From NCBI RefSeq assembly GCF_006345805.1, contig NW_021825464.1, positions 1 to 16,625 of the forward strand: a stretch of DNA of 16,625 bases, in the 5' to 3' direction. The notes beneath the pieces are model-generated. The model saw only the letters and a program-made list of their open reading frames with translations. It had not been told where the DNA came from and did not search any database. The number at the start of each line of letters is the position of its first letter. Position 1 is the first letter of the stretch. The stretch comes from Octopus sinensis (taxonomy: Eukaryota). This document shows positions 1 through 9,240 of this stretch, piece by piece. Both the position numbers and the translations under genes were made by a program.

Positions 1-19
1 ATTGTCCATCCGCACTCAC

Positions 20-82
20 TTCCGGCCAGGTTCATCAAGGCTAATCGATTGAACATTAGTAAACCCGACACTTGCCTTCCTC
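20..82 (-). CDS. Candidate 63-nt internal exon (weak); one open reading gives xRKASVGFTNVQSISLDEPGR
   Basis: On the minus strand a consensus donor GAA|GTGAGT lies at 19-14. A T-rich tract ending in AAG sits upstream (AG at 84-83). Two of three frames are open. No homology recognised, and the acceptor is weak. Confidence 0.2.
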
Positions 83-86
83 CTTC

Positions 87-146
87 AACAACAACAAAAG
101 TAACAAAAACAACAACGACAACAGCAGCAGCAGCAGCAGCAACAAC

Positions 147-191
<45 letters not shown>

Positions 192-466
192 TGAAGGTGG
201 TGGTGGTGGTGGTGGTGGCGGTGTAAGTGGTGGGGGTGAGGGTGGAGGTGAGGGTGGGGGTGGTAATGAAAGTGGTGGCGTTGCTGGTGCTGCTGGTGCC
301 TGTAATGGTGGTGATAGTGGGACAGTGGTGGGGGTAGAGATAGTAATGGTGCTGTTGTTGGTGGTAGTGGTGATAGTGCTGCTGCTACTTTTGGGAGTGG
401 TGGTGGTATTGGTGGTAGTGGTGGTGGTAGTGGTGGTGGTTGGTAGTGGTGGTGGTGGTGGTGATG
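87..466. repeat. Compound trinucleotide microsatellite / low complexity: (AAC)n-(GCA)n-(GTA)n-(GGT)n
   Basis: Directly visible runs; they account for ORF 49..480 (poly-T/A/V/G). Confidence 0.95.
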
Positions 467-876
467 ATCGTAGCGGTTAATGTTAGGGATGCTGCCCAGA
501 GTTGTCAGTGATTTGCAATGCTATGGTTGTTTTTGCTGTTATTGTTTCAATGTTGTTGTTGTTGTAATGTTGCTGTAATTATTGTTTAGCTCCTAAATCA
601 GTCCTATCACAGCAATACATTTCCATCCGTGACCACCTCATCTTTTATTTTCGTCTAGTTTTATTTTCATTGTTTTGCTGGGATTTTTGGTGGCGAGTGC
701 AATTCCCTTTTGTTTTCATTTTTTTTTTAAGAAGAGGAGTTTTAAAACAATTTTCAGTAAAGTCTGTATCGTTCTTGTGGATGTTGTTGTTGTTGTTGTT
801 GTTGTTACCTCACTTTTCGTGTAAATTCTTAATATTTTACTCTTTTACCTGTGTGAGTCATTACTGCATAAACAAT

Positions 877-1097
877 TAAGGCTGCGAGCAGGCAGAATCG
901 TTAGCACGCCGGGCGAAATGCTTAGCGTTATTTCGTCTGCCGCTATGCTCTGAGTTCAAATTCTACCGAGGTCGACTTTGCCTTTCATCTTATCGGAGTC
1001 TATAAATTAAGTACTAGTGAAATACTGGAGTCGATGTAATCGACTTGTCCCTTTTCCCAAATTTCAGGCCTTATGCCTATAGTAGAAAGGATTATTA
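877..1097 (+). mobile_element. tRNA-derived SINE, type A head and body with tail variant 1, full length, 10-bp TSD
   Basis: A-box-like ggcagaatcgtt and B-box gttcaaattc (954-963). Head and body match the reverse complement of 14604-14835. Flanked by cataaacaat at 867-876 and 1098-1107. Confidence 0.9.
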
Positions 1098-1107
1098 CAT
1101 AAACAAT

Positions 1108-1248
1108 AGGCGTAGGCGTGGCTGTGGGGTAAGTAGCTTCCTTACCAACCACATGGTTCCGGGTTCAGTCCCACTGCGTGGCACCGTGGGCAAGTGTCTT
1201 CTACTATAGCCTCGGGCCAACCAAAGCTTTGTGAGTGGATTTGGTAGA

Positions 1249-1293
<45 letters not shown>

Positions 1294-1494
1294 TTGTCCC
1301 CCAACATCGCTTGACAACCGATGCTGGTGTGTTTACGTCCCCGTAACTTAGCGGTTCGGCAAAAGAGACCGATAAAATAAGTACTAGGCTTACAAAGAAT
1401 AAGTCCTGGGGTCGATTTGCTCGACTGAAAAGGCGGTGCCCCAGCATGGCCACAGTCGAATGACTGAAACAAGTAAATTGAGTAAAAGAGTAAA
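1108..1494 (+). mobile_element. tRNA-derived SINE, type B (CORE-like; resembles octopus OR-type SINEs), with internal (TG)20 and (agtaaa)-like tail
   Basis: A-box tggctgtggggt, B-box ggttcagtcc (1162-1171), CORE-like gggcaagtgtctt, (TG)20 at 1251-1290. Related heads occur at 2007-2120 (-) and 15386-15428 (+). Family naming is from memory. Confidence 0.88.
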
Positions 1495-1524
1495 TGGCAA
1501 GTTCTACAGTTCAAGCATGTCTCT

Positions 1525-1732
1525 ATGTTTGAGCAGACCGTTTCGCAACAACGTGGTTCTGGTTATGATCCCACAACACAGAATTTTGGACAACTGACTG
1601 ATTTCTCCTAAATTCTCGCGTTGGCCAGCATCTTGAGAGTGGAATTCGGAGGGAATGAAACTGTGCGGTAGCTTTATTTCAAATGTTGTTCTTTTATTTC
1701 TCACTGATGAGAAAAATATGTGTGTGTGTTTG

Positions 1733-1812
<80 letters not shown>
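1525..1812 (+). mobile_element. Highly diverged type B SINE 5' half followed by a (TG)n array
   Basis: caacaacgtggttctggttatgatccc..ttttggacaact..gagagtggaatt..gaaactgtgcggtagc aligns loosely with the head at 1140-1248 and with the reverse complement of 2007-2040. The (TG)n at 1719-1812 sits in the homologous position. Confidence 0.55.
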
Positions 1813-1813
<1 letters not shown>

Positions 1814-1954
1814 TAGGCAGTTCTAATATGTTCATGTGTGTGCATATGAGACAATTTATGTCCGGGCAAAATAGTGTCCATGACCATTTTCAGAGCCTTC
1901 AACACAAACGAGACATTTATCTTCAGACTATGAGACAGCACAAATCATTGCAAC

Positions 1955-2120
1955 AAACACATACACACACACACACACATAACACACTTGCAAACACACA
2001 CAATGTGGGCTTCCACACAGTTTCCCTCTACCAAAGCCACTCAGTAGGGATTGGTCAACCTCTGGCTATAGTAGAAGACACTTGTTCGAACTGCCGTGCA
2101 ATGGGACTGAACCCAAAACG
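1955..2120 (-). mobile_element. Type B SINE fragment (head/CORE part plus CA repeat), reverse orientation
   Basis: ggctatagtagaagacacttg..gggactgaaccc is the reverse complement of 1161-1212; (CA)n at 1955-2000. Confidence 0.8.
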
Positions 2121-2370
2121 AACTTCTTTATCACACATCCATGCCTGTTCCTAGCCAAGCCCGCATCAATTTTTTTGTTTGTTTGTTTCTTATGGTTTTT
2201 GAAATGTACGAGATGCCAACCATATGATTATGGCAATCCTACCTTTTTCCTCCAGCATCGATATTTCATAGAATTTATAGAAAACCAACGTAAAGAATAG
2301 CACACAATTTAACTAAGAAAATAAGCTTCTTTCTTGCCCGAAGAAAACATTAGCTACGTTTAAAGAGAAC

Positions 2371-2580
2371 GTGGTGGTTGTGGTGGTGGTGGTGGTGGTG
2401 GTGGTGGTGGTGGTGGTGGCAGCAGCAGCAGCAGGAGAAGAAGAAGTAGAAGAAGTAGAAGAAGTAGAAGTAGAAGAAGAAGAAGTAGAAGAAGAAGTAG
2501 AAGAAGAAGATGGAGGAGGAGGAGGAGGAGGAGGAGGAGAAAAAGAAGAAGAAGAAGAAGAAGAAGAAGAAGAAGAAGAA
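2371..2580. repeat. Compound microsatellite (GTG)n-(GCA)n-(GAA/GTA)n-(GGA)n-(GAA)n
   Basis: Directly visible; accounts for ORF 2371..2613. Confidence 0.95.
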
Positions 2581-3026
2581 GCTGTAGCGTTATTGTTTCT
2601 TCCTAGCAGCTAGAAAATAAACACCGAAAATTTTTAAAAGAGAATGATTGGGTCGTTATGCTTTCAACCAGTTCATAAATATGGTATATATGTAAAATTA
2701 GCATCGGTTGACGTTTTATGATTGCGTTTCGGTTTCGATTTCCGATTATATCTCTTTCCCTTCGATTAAACTACTGTTACAACTCTGATTTATTTCCTGC
2801 TTGTCCAATAAAGTCAATCAGACTGGTCAGGTATCGATATATCTGCTAACTTTATATTCATCCGCTTGTACACATAAAAATAATTATTTATTTTTAAAAT
2901 GTGTGCATCTTTCCATATGAAAATCAGAGTGCGTATAACTGAAGTAGAGAACGAAAGAAGTTATTTAAAATTCGATTCTGCATCAGTAAACACTGAGAAA
3001 AAAGTATAGCCTAGCATTCTTACATT

Positions 3027-3347
3027 AGCACTCTGTTGGTTACGATGACGACGAGTGTTCCAGTTAGTCCAATTAACGGAACAGCCTGCTCTCTGGAATT
3101 AACGTGCATATGGCTGAGCACTTCACAGAGACGCGTACCCTTAACGGAGTTCCCAGGGAGATTCAGTGTGACTCGGAATGTGACGAGGCTGGCCCTTCGA
3201 AATACATGTACTACTCAGTTTTGCCAGCTGTGTGGACTGAAGCAACGTGAAATAAAAAGTCTTGCTCAAGGACACATCATAGCGCCGGGAATCGCACTCA
3301 CGACTTCACGATCGTGATCCGGATACCCGCTAACCACTGAGCCACGC
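3027..3347 (-). mobile_element. tRNA-derived SINE, type C (CORE-like body, tail shared with type D)
   Basis: The minus strand begins gcgtggctcagtggttagc (A box), then gtgcgattccc (B-box-like) and gtgtccttgagcaagac (CORE-like). 3027-3211 aligns with 7884-8064. Confidence 0.85.
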
Positions 3348-3363
3348 ATTTTCCCAAGACAAA

Positions 3364-3732
3364 TCTCTATATATATGTAAAGCTGAAGTTGTCTGTGTAT
3401 GTGTGGATGGTTTGGTAGCCTTCAACTAACACTATCTCCTCCGAGACCCTGCGGCGCAAGTTGACCAAAATTGAGAGTATGATAGAAAAAGGCTTGCTCT
3501 TCCTTCCGTAGAAGAAAAAAATCAAATCGAACCATGTTAGCACCAAAAAGGTGCTTTTTTTCTATGAAAATCCCTATTTTTTACGTTTTTTTGACTGCGG
3601 TGTATTTCAACCAGAAAAATGTTCACTTAAAGAGAATAATAACAAGCTACATAATGCAAAATTTTTACTTTTCAAAAATTCCAATTCTTATGAGTCGAAA
3701 CAAACCCGAGCAACGCCGGGCGATACTGCTAA
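3364..3732 (+). mobile_element. Non-autonomous Helitron-like element
   Basis: 5' TC preceded by A (tctctatatatatgtaaag...tgtctgtgt, resembling Lep1-type 5' ends). 3' GC hairpin cccg(a)gc-aac-gc-cggg at 3705-3720, then 8 nt to CTAA followed by T (CTAG consensus with one change). No TIR or TSD. Confidence 0.7.
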
Positions 3733-4012
3733 TATCTTTATAATAGCAGATTAATAGCTGTTAATCTTTTACGAAGTGCTTACAATAATGTGTCTTGTAA
3801 TATGATTGACAAAATATGAACCCCTAAGGTTCTGGCATATCAAATCCGAAACAAATATGCTTTATTTTTCATTTATGTAGTATTTTAATGTCCATCGACA
3901 TTTTGTCATAGTACTTACTGCTAATCTGATGGTCAATATTTCTATCCTCTAAATACGTTTTTTGTTTTTGTTTTTGTTTTGCAGTAATTGTTTTGACTGT
4001 AATAAAGGCTGT

Positions 4013-4173
4013 TACCTCTGTCTATATTTCGAACGCTGCATCACTTTTACGTTCATCTTTCCTATATTAATGATGTCAATACCTCCTTTTCTTCGTTTGC
4101 TTTTAATCTTCCCTATTCTATCCTTCTTCAGCATATTTTTTCGACCAACATTTCTAATTTCTTTCCTTTCTAT
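4013..4173 (-). mobile_element. Possible decayed L1/Tx1-like ORF2 fragment (KRRKGGIDIINIGKMN)
   Basis: 53 open codons on the minus strand. The motif resembles the post-RT 'K..GGL.I.N....N' segment of L1/Tx1 ORF2. Single motif only. Confidence 0.2.
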
Positions 4174-4222
4174 TTATCTGTTTAGCTCCCGCTTACATTT
4201 TTTTCTGTCTATTTAAATCTTC

Positions 4223-4285
<63 letters not shown>

Positions 4286-4440
4286 CTATCTATTTGTCTC
4301 TATCTTTGTCTATCAATCCATCTCTCTCTCTCCCTCACTCTTTGTATGTATACACACAAACACACAAATGCACACATATAGATATTCACTCACAGACGTA
4401 TACATACGAATGCTTACATTACTATATATATATATTATAT

Positions 4441-4480
<40 letters not shown>

Positions 4481-4501
4481 TATATATATATATGTATATA
4501 A

Positions 4502-4533
<32 letters not shown>

Positions 4534-4635
4534 ATATATATATATTATATGATAGATAGATATAATATATATATATACATACATATATATATATACACAC
4601 ACAGAGGTGTGGAGAAAAGATATATATATATATAA

Positions 4636-4672
<37 letters not shown>

Positions 4673-5010
4673 ATATATATATATATATTATATATATACA
4701 ATATATATATATATATAATATATATATATACATACATACGTACATACATGCATACATATACATAATATACATACATTCCTCGTACATGTAAATATATATT
4801 ATATATGTATATATATATGCATATTTATATGTATATTTTTGTATATAGACATACATACATCCATATGTATGAAAGCATGTATGTATGCATGTATGTATGT
4901 ATTATGTATGTATGTATGTATGTGTGTATGTATGTATGTATGTATGTATGTGTGTGTGTATGTATGTATGTATGTATGTATGTATGTATGTATGTATGTA
5001 TGTATGTATG
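4223..5010. repeat. Microsatellite block (TCTA)n, (TA)n-rich, (CATA)n, (TATG)n
   Basis: Directly visible. Confidence 0.95.
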
Positions 5011-5163
5011 TGCCGCTCCAACTGTTTCTGACTTTCGATTCGTCATTTCTCTATAAATTGTTATTATTTTCTCTAAAATCCTTTCTGTGTTCTTTGCCAA
5101 TTCCTGCTATTTTTCAATATTGCCAGATATCTTCTATCTTAAAAATTACCGCCGCAGGCCAAC

Positions 5164-5193
5164 AAATAAATAAATAAATAAATAAATAAATAA
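5164..5193. repeat. (AAAT)n microsatellite
   Basis: Directly visible. Confidence 0.95.
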
Positions 5194-5279
5194 GACCAAT
5201 CAAAAATAGTTTTAAAAAATTGAAATAACAAATCAGACCATAAACCAAAAAGCCAAAATGACTGGCTAAATATATTTAA

Positions 5280-5370
5280 ATAGCCATATTTTAAATCCTC
5301 CACCACCACCACCACCGTCACCACCATCTCAGCAGCTACCACAGCCATTTTGCCAACTTAGCTTCTACAA
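5280..5370 (+). repeat. Inverted repeat, left arm (partner 6100-6194)
   Basis: 5328-5370 matches the reverse complement of 6100-6142 at 40/43 nt. The match continues through (CAC)n to ccat..ttttaaatcc. Confidence 0.9.
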
Positions 5371-5512
5371 ACGCCCAGTTGTTAAGTTTTGTATTGAAAA
5401 ATCTTCTTCGTTCTCCGTTCGACAGAATCATTCAAGAACTATTATTTGCTACGTTCACCATGACTCCCAACGTCGCCATTTTGATGCTTCTGGCGGGATT
5501 ATCCGCCCTTAC

Positions 5513-5576
5513 ACTCTCACGTACACCTTTCCGGTTAGCGTTTATCAATCCTGCTGTCATTTTTGTGAAACTTTTC
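5513..5576 (-). CDS. Candidate 64-nt exon (xKSFTKMTAGLINANRKGVRES), weak
   Basis: Good-looking acceptor tttaatctttttttccag|G (AG at 5578-5577) and donor AGT|GTAAGG (5512). Only one frame is open. No homology recognised. Confidence 0.2.
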
Positions 5577-5785
5577 CTGGAAAAAAAGATTAAATAAATG
5601 AATAAATAAAATCCCTTTGCAATAGCCAGAAGTCTTCTAGAAGTAATTTCTTGACAATTTTTTTTTCTTTTTGTTTTTTATATATATTTTCCCACGTGTT
5701 TTTCTCCCTGTCGTCTTTTTTGGCTGTATTTTTAGCTATATTTTTGTGGTGAAAGCTATCAACGGATAGCCTTGGGAGAGAATTT

Positions 5786-6098
5786 GCTGCTGTTGTTGTT
5801 GTTGCTGTTGTTGTTCAAATGTTAGTGGTGGTGACAGTGATGGTGAGGAGAAGGAATAAAGAGAAGAGGGGAGGAGAAGGAGGAGGAGGAAGAAGAAGTG
5901 GTGGTGGAGGAGGAGGAGGAGGAGGAGCTGGAGTCGGCTTCAGCTCCTCCTCCTCCACCACCACCACTTCTTCTTCCTCCAACTCCTCTTCCTCCTCCTC
6001 CTCCTCCACCTCCACCACTACTTCTTCTTCTTCCTCCTCCTCCCCCACCTCTACTTCCTCCTCCTCTTCTTCTTCCTTCTCCTCCTCCTCCTCATCTT
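5786..6098. repeat. Compound microsatellite (TGT)n, (GGA/GAA/GGT)n switching to (TCC/TTC/CCA)n
   Basis: Directly visible; polarity switch at 5934-5937. Confidence 0.95.
5885..5980. other. Fold-back hairpin with mirrored microsatellite blocks and a 4-nt loop (tcgg)
   Basis: Left arm ggaggaagaagaagtggtggtgg(agg)n-agctggag; right arm cttcagct-(cct)n-ccaccaccaccacttcttcttcctcc. The arms differ only in repeat counts plus one G-T pair. Confidence 0.85.
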
Positions 6099-6099
6099 C

Positions 6100-6194
6100 T
6101 TGTAGAAACTAAGTTGACAAAATGGCTGTGGTAGCGGCTGAGGTGGTGGTGGTGGTGGTGGTGGTGGTGGTGGTGGTGGATTTAAAATGGTTAT
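6100..6194 (-). repeat. Inverted repeat, right arm (partner 5280-5370)
   Basis: See the left arm. Confidence 0.9.
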
Positions 6195-6426
6195 GATGAT
6201 GATGCTAGATATTTCATCATTTCTTGATGTCATGAGATTTCAAAGGCAAATCCCAACACCTGTTTCTAATCGTCCATGTAACATCCCCTTTACGTAACAC
6301 AGGCTGCGTGGCAAATAAATGAAATTATTATTGTTTGTCCTTGTAGTACCTCCAATACATTACCCTTGTGGAAGGAAAATAATAATATTCTTATTGTTGT
6401 TATAAATAGGATTCGTGTTATGACCA

Positions 6427-6510
6427 TTATCATCATCTTCATCATCGTCATCGTCGTCATCATAGTCGTCGTCGTCGTCGTCATCGTCGTTGTCGTCGTC
6501 GGCATCATCA
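6427..6510. repeat. (ATC)n/(GTC)n microsatellite
   Basis: Directly visible. Confidence 0.9.
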
Positions 6511-6619
6511 CTAATTTTGTTATTGCTGCAATTACTATTTTTCTTGCTTTTGTTTCGTTTAAGAAAATTTTATTTTTATAGGAGGTTAAGGTCGAAGCTA
6601 CATATATATCGCCGTCACC

Positions 6620-6792
6620 ACACCCACATTCACATTCACACATACATGCATGCATACATACACACATACATACACACATACATACATACATACATACATA
6701 CATACATACGTGTGTGTACATACACTCACAAGCATCTTCTCTCTTTCATTAGCCATGTAGATTCTCTGGAAAGACATTTCACACTTTAAAGA

Positions 6793-6839
<47 letters not shown>

Positions 6840-6890
6840 GTGTGTGTGTGTGTGTGTGTGCTTGTGTGTGTGTGTGTGTGCGTGTGTCCG
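6620..6890. repeat. (CATA)n and (TG)n microsatellites
   Basis: Directly visible. Confidence 0.95.
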
Positions 6891-7109
6891 TGCGTGCAGA
6901 AAGGTGTGTGTACAACGGGAGACAAACACTGAAGTATAAGATGGCAAGCAAACAGACAGACGGATATATAGGCAAATAGAAATATTTAGATTGTGTATTC
7001 GATACCCTAATTGCCTGTCTATTATCATCAGCGTACCTGTAGCCAGTCCATATTTACTGTCATATATTACAAGTGAAAGCGTGTCTATCCATCCCAGATG
7101 TACTTATGA

Positions 7110-7204
7110 ATTATAAAGTGTGTACCTGCATTATAAAGTATGTATCTATGTATCTAATTATAAAGTATGTATCTATGTATCTAATTATAAAGTATGTATC
7201 TATG
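7110..7204. repeat. 27-bp minisatellite attataaagtatgtatctatgtatcta (about 2.8 copies plus one shorter diverged copy)
   Basis: Copies start at 7130, 7157 and 7184; diverged copy at 7110. Confidence 0.9.
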
Positions 7205-7331
7205 CATATAAAATGATATATACATATATATATATATCAAACATATACATATTTTGTATATATAATATAACAGAATATGAAACATAATATATATTATATA
7301 TATATACATACATACATACATACTGATAAAC

Positions 7332-7415
<84 letters not shown>
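7332..7415. repeat. (GATA)n microsatellite
   Basis: Directly visible. Confidence 0.95.
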
Positions 7416-7877
7416 GAAGTAAATAAATGCAGGTACATCATATACTATACAACATAAATTCTTGAATTCTTAAAATAATCGTCTCAGAATTATCAAATGC
7501 CAATTAAAACCAGCTCTTCTTGAGAAAGAGAAATAATCCCAAAATTGAAGAATTCTTCACAGCTGACATGCTATTAAGGAAAAAGAGACTAAATACGTGA
7601 ACATAAGCGGACAGTAGTGTTTTATTTTTTCTGCCTCCATTGCCTTCATCAGCAACACAATTGACCGACCTTGTTTCCCGTAGACAAGGACCTAAAGTTA
7701 TGCATAAAAATGGGACACATTTATGGCCCACTTAATTTACATAATCTAATCGAAAATGGATTAAGAGAAATAAATAGTAGTACCCAGTGGTATATATTTC
7801 AGTAACAAAAACAAATATACCATACGACATAATTCTTAATCTATTATATCTCTGCCTTAATAGGATGTATTATGATT

Positions 7878-8261
7878 GATGGAAGCACTCCGTCGGTTAC
7901 GACGACGAGGGTTCCGGTTGATCCGATCAACGGAACAGCCTGCTCGTGAAATTAACGTGTAAGTGGCTGAGCACTCCACAGACACGTGTACCCTTAACGT
8001 AGTTCTCGGGGATATTCAGCGTGACACAGAGAGTGACAAGGCCGGCCCTTTGAAATACAGGTACAACAGAAACAGGAAGTAAGAGTGAGAGAAAGTTGTG
8101 GTAAAGAGTACAGCAGGGATCACACCATCCCCTGCCGGAGCCTCGTGGAGCTTTAGGTGTTTTCGCTCAATAAACACTCACAACGCCCGGTCTTGGAATC
8201 GAAACCGCGATCCTATGACCGCGAGTCCGCTGCCCTAACCACTGGGCCATTGCGCCTCCAC
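7878..8261 (-). mobile_element. tRNA-derived SINE, type D, full length, 12-bp TSD
   Basis: Minus-strand head ggaggcgcaatggcccagtggttagggc (A box) and gtttcgattcc (B box). TSD tgtattatgatt at 7866-7877 and 8262-8273. The 3' half is shared with 3027-3211. Confidence 0.92.
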
Positions 8262-8289
8262 TGTATTATGATTACCAAATGATGATTAA

Positions 8290-8830
8290 GACCAGGTCCG
8301 GCTGAGAAAGGGAGATAATCTCGAGAGGCGGATATATTGCGGTATATATGCATGTATGTTGGTGGCCGGAGTGCTGGAAGACCACTGGGGATAAGACACC
8401 TCTTAACTTTTTTTGAAAGCATGTCTCTAGGAAGATACACTGATATAAAACCAGTTATTTAAGGAATAGAAAAACATCTTGGGGATTTTGTGCTTGCTCT
8501 TGAGATCATGGCGTTCCCATATTCCCGAGCCTGCGACCCCTATTGATACTGGATATCTCGCCCTAGTTTGTCTCTGGATTATTATGTCTGAAGGGTGCTG
8601 TACAAGACTTATTGGGCCTAAAATTTGAGGTTGTACAATCACCAGCGAGGAGACTATCCGATATCTGGTCGAGTAAGACGGCAGCGCTGCGAGCATGGAA
8701 GCCGAGAACGTGAAACTGGTTAAAACCGGCTGCTGGTGCAATAACCTCATACACAAGCATTGCTGACATTTTCCATGGGCAATGGTCAGTTATGTTCTCC
8801 GTCGATCACTAGTGGACAGCCATCATCCTC
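8290..8830. other. Unclassified GC-richer segment, probably a decayed transposable element
   Basis: About 50% GC (30/60 and 34/60 on lines 8521 and 8641) against an AT-rich background. All frames are interrupted and no domain is convincingly recognised. Confidence 0.3.
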
Positions 8831-8833
8831 ATG

Positions 8834-8938
8834 CATGTATGTATGTATGTATGTATGTATGTATGTATGTATGTATGTATGTATGTATGTATGTATGTAT
8901 GTATGTATTTATTTATGTATGTATGTATGTATGTATGT
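8834..8938. repeat. (TATG)n microsatellite
   Basis: Directly visible. Confidence 0.95.
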
Positions 8939-9240
8939 AAGGCTGTATCATACGCGGGGACATAGAAATAATCGGACTGAATACCCGATCGCGCGGTTAA
9001 ACCATTGGGAGTGAAGGACTCCTAGCCTTTGTTAGGGCATCCTTCTAGGAGAAGGTAACTCAGGTAACTGGGATAACTCCGACATAAAACCTGCGGCTCA
9101 GTGGTTACCGATGATGTTGACTTGTTCTTCTTTTCGGATTATGGCTGCTGTTGCTTAGTGAGTGGGATTGACTCAGTGCACAGCATTTCCTCATTTAAAA
9201 AAAAATCCTCTTGCACAGGCATTGCACGATAACAACATTG
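8939..9240 (+). mobile_element. Putative RTE-LINE 5'UTR-related / non-autonomous retroelement
   Basis: gggcatccttctaggagaaggtaactc..aaacc resembles the 'ctaggagaaggaaaactc..aaacc' motif I recall from RTE 5' UTRs. Three short hairpins are present. Boundaries are uncertain. Confidence 0.4.

Noticed and set aside
1704-1714. Hammerhead core CTGATGA (also on the minus strand at 7646-7652)
   Set aside because: No pairable stem II lies between CTGATGA and GAAA, and no helix I/III could be formed.
7110-7204. CRISPR-like array
   Set aside because: The 27-bp units are contiguous with no spacers, so this is a minisatellite.
877-8261. tRNA genes at the SINE heads
   Set aside because: They have A/B boxes but no complete cloverleaf or acceptor stem, and they continue into SINE bodies with tails and TSDs.
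8507-8600. Tc1/mariner DDD/E motifs (DHGVP ... LDYYV*)
   Set aside because: About 23 codons separate the putative acidic residues instead of 34-37, they lie in different frames, and downstream residues do not match.
8500-8700. LINE RT motif FRPNKSCT ... AREY on the minus strand
   Set aside because: The spacing is about 22 codons rather than about 12, there is a frameshift, and no FxDxxxAFD motif follows.
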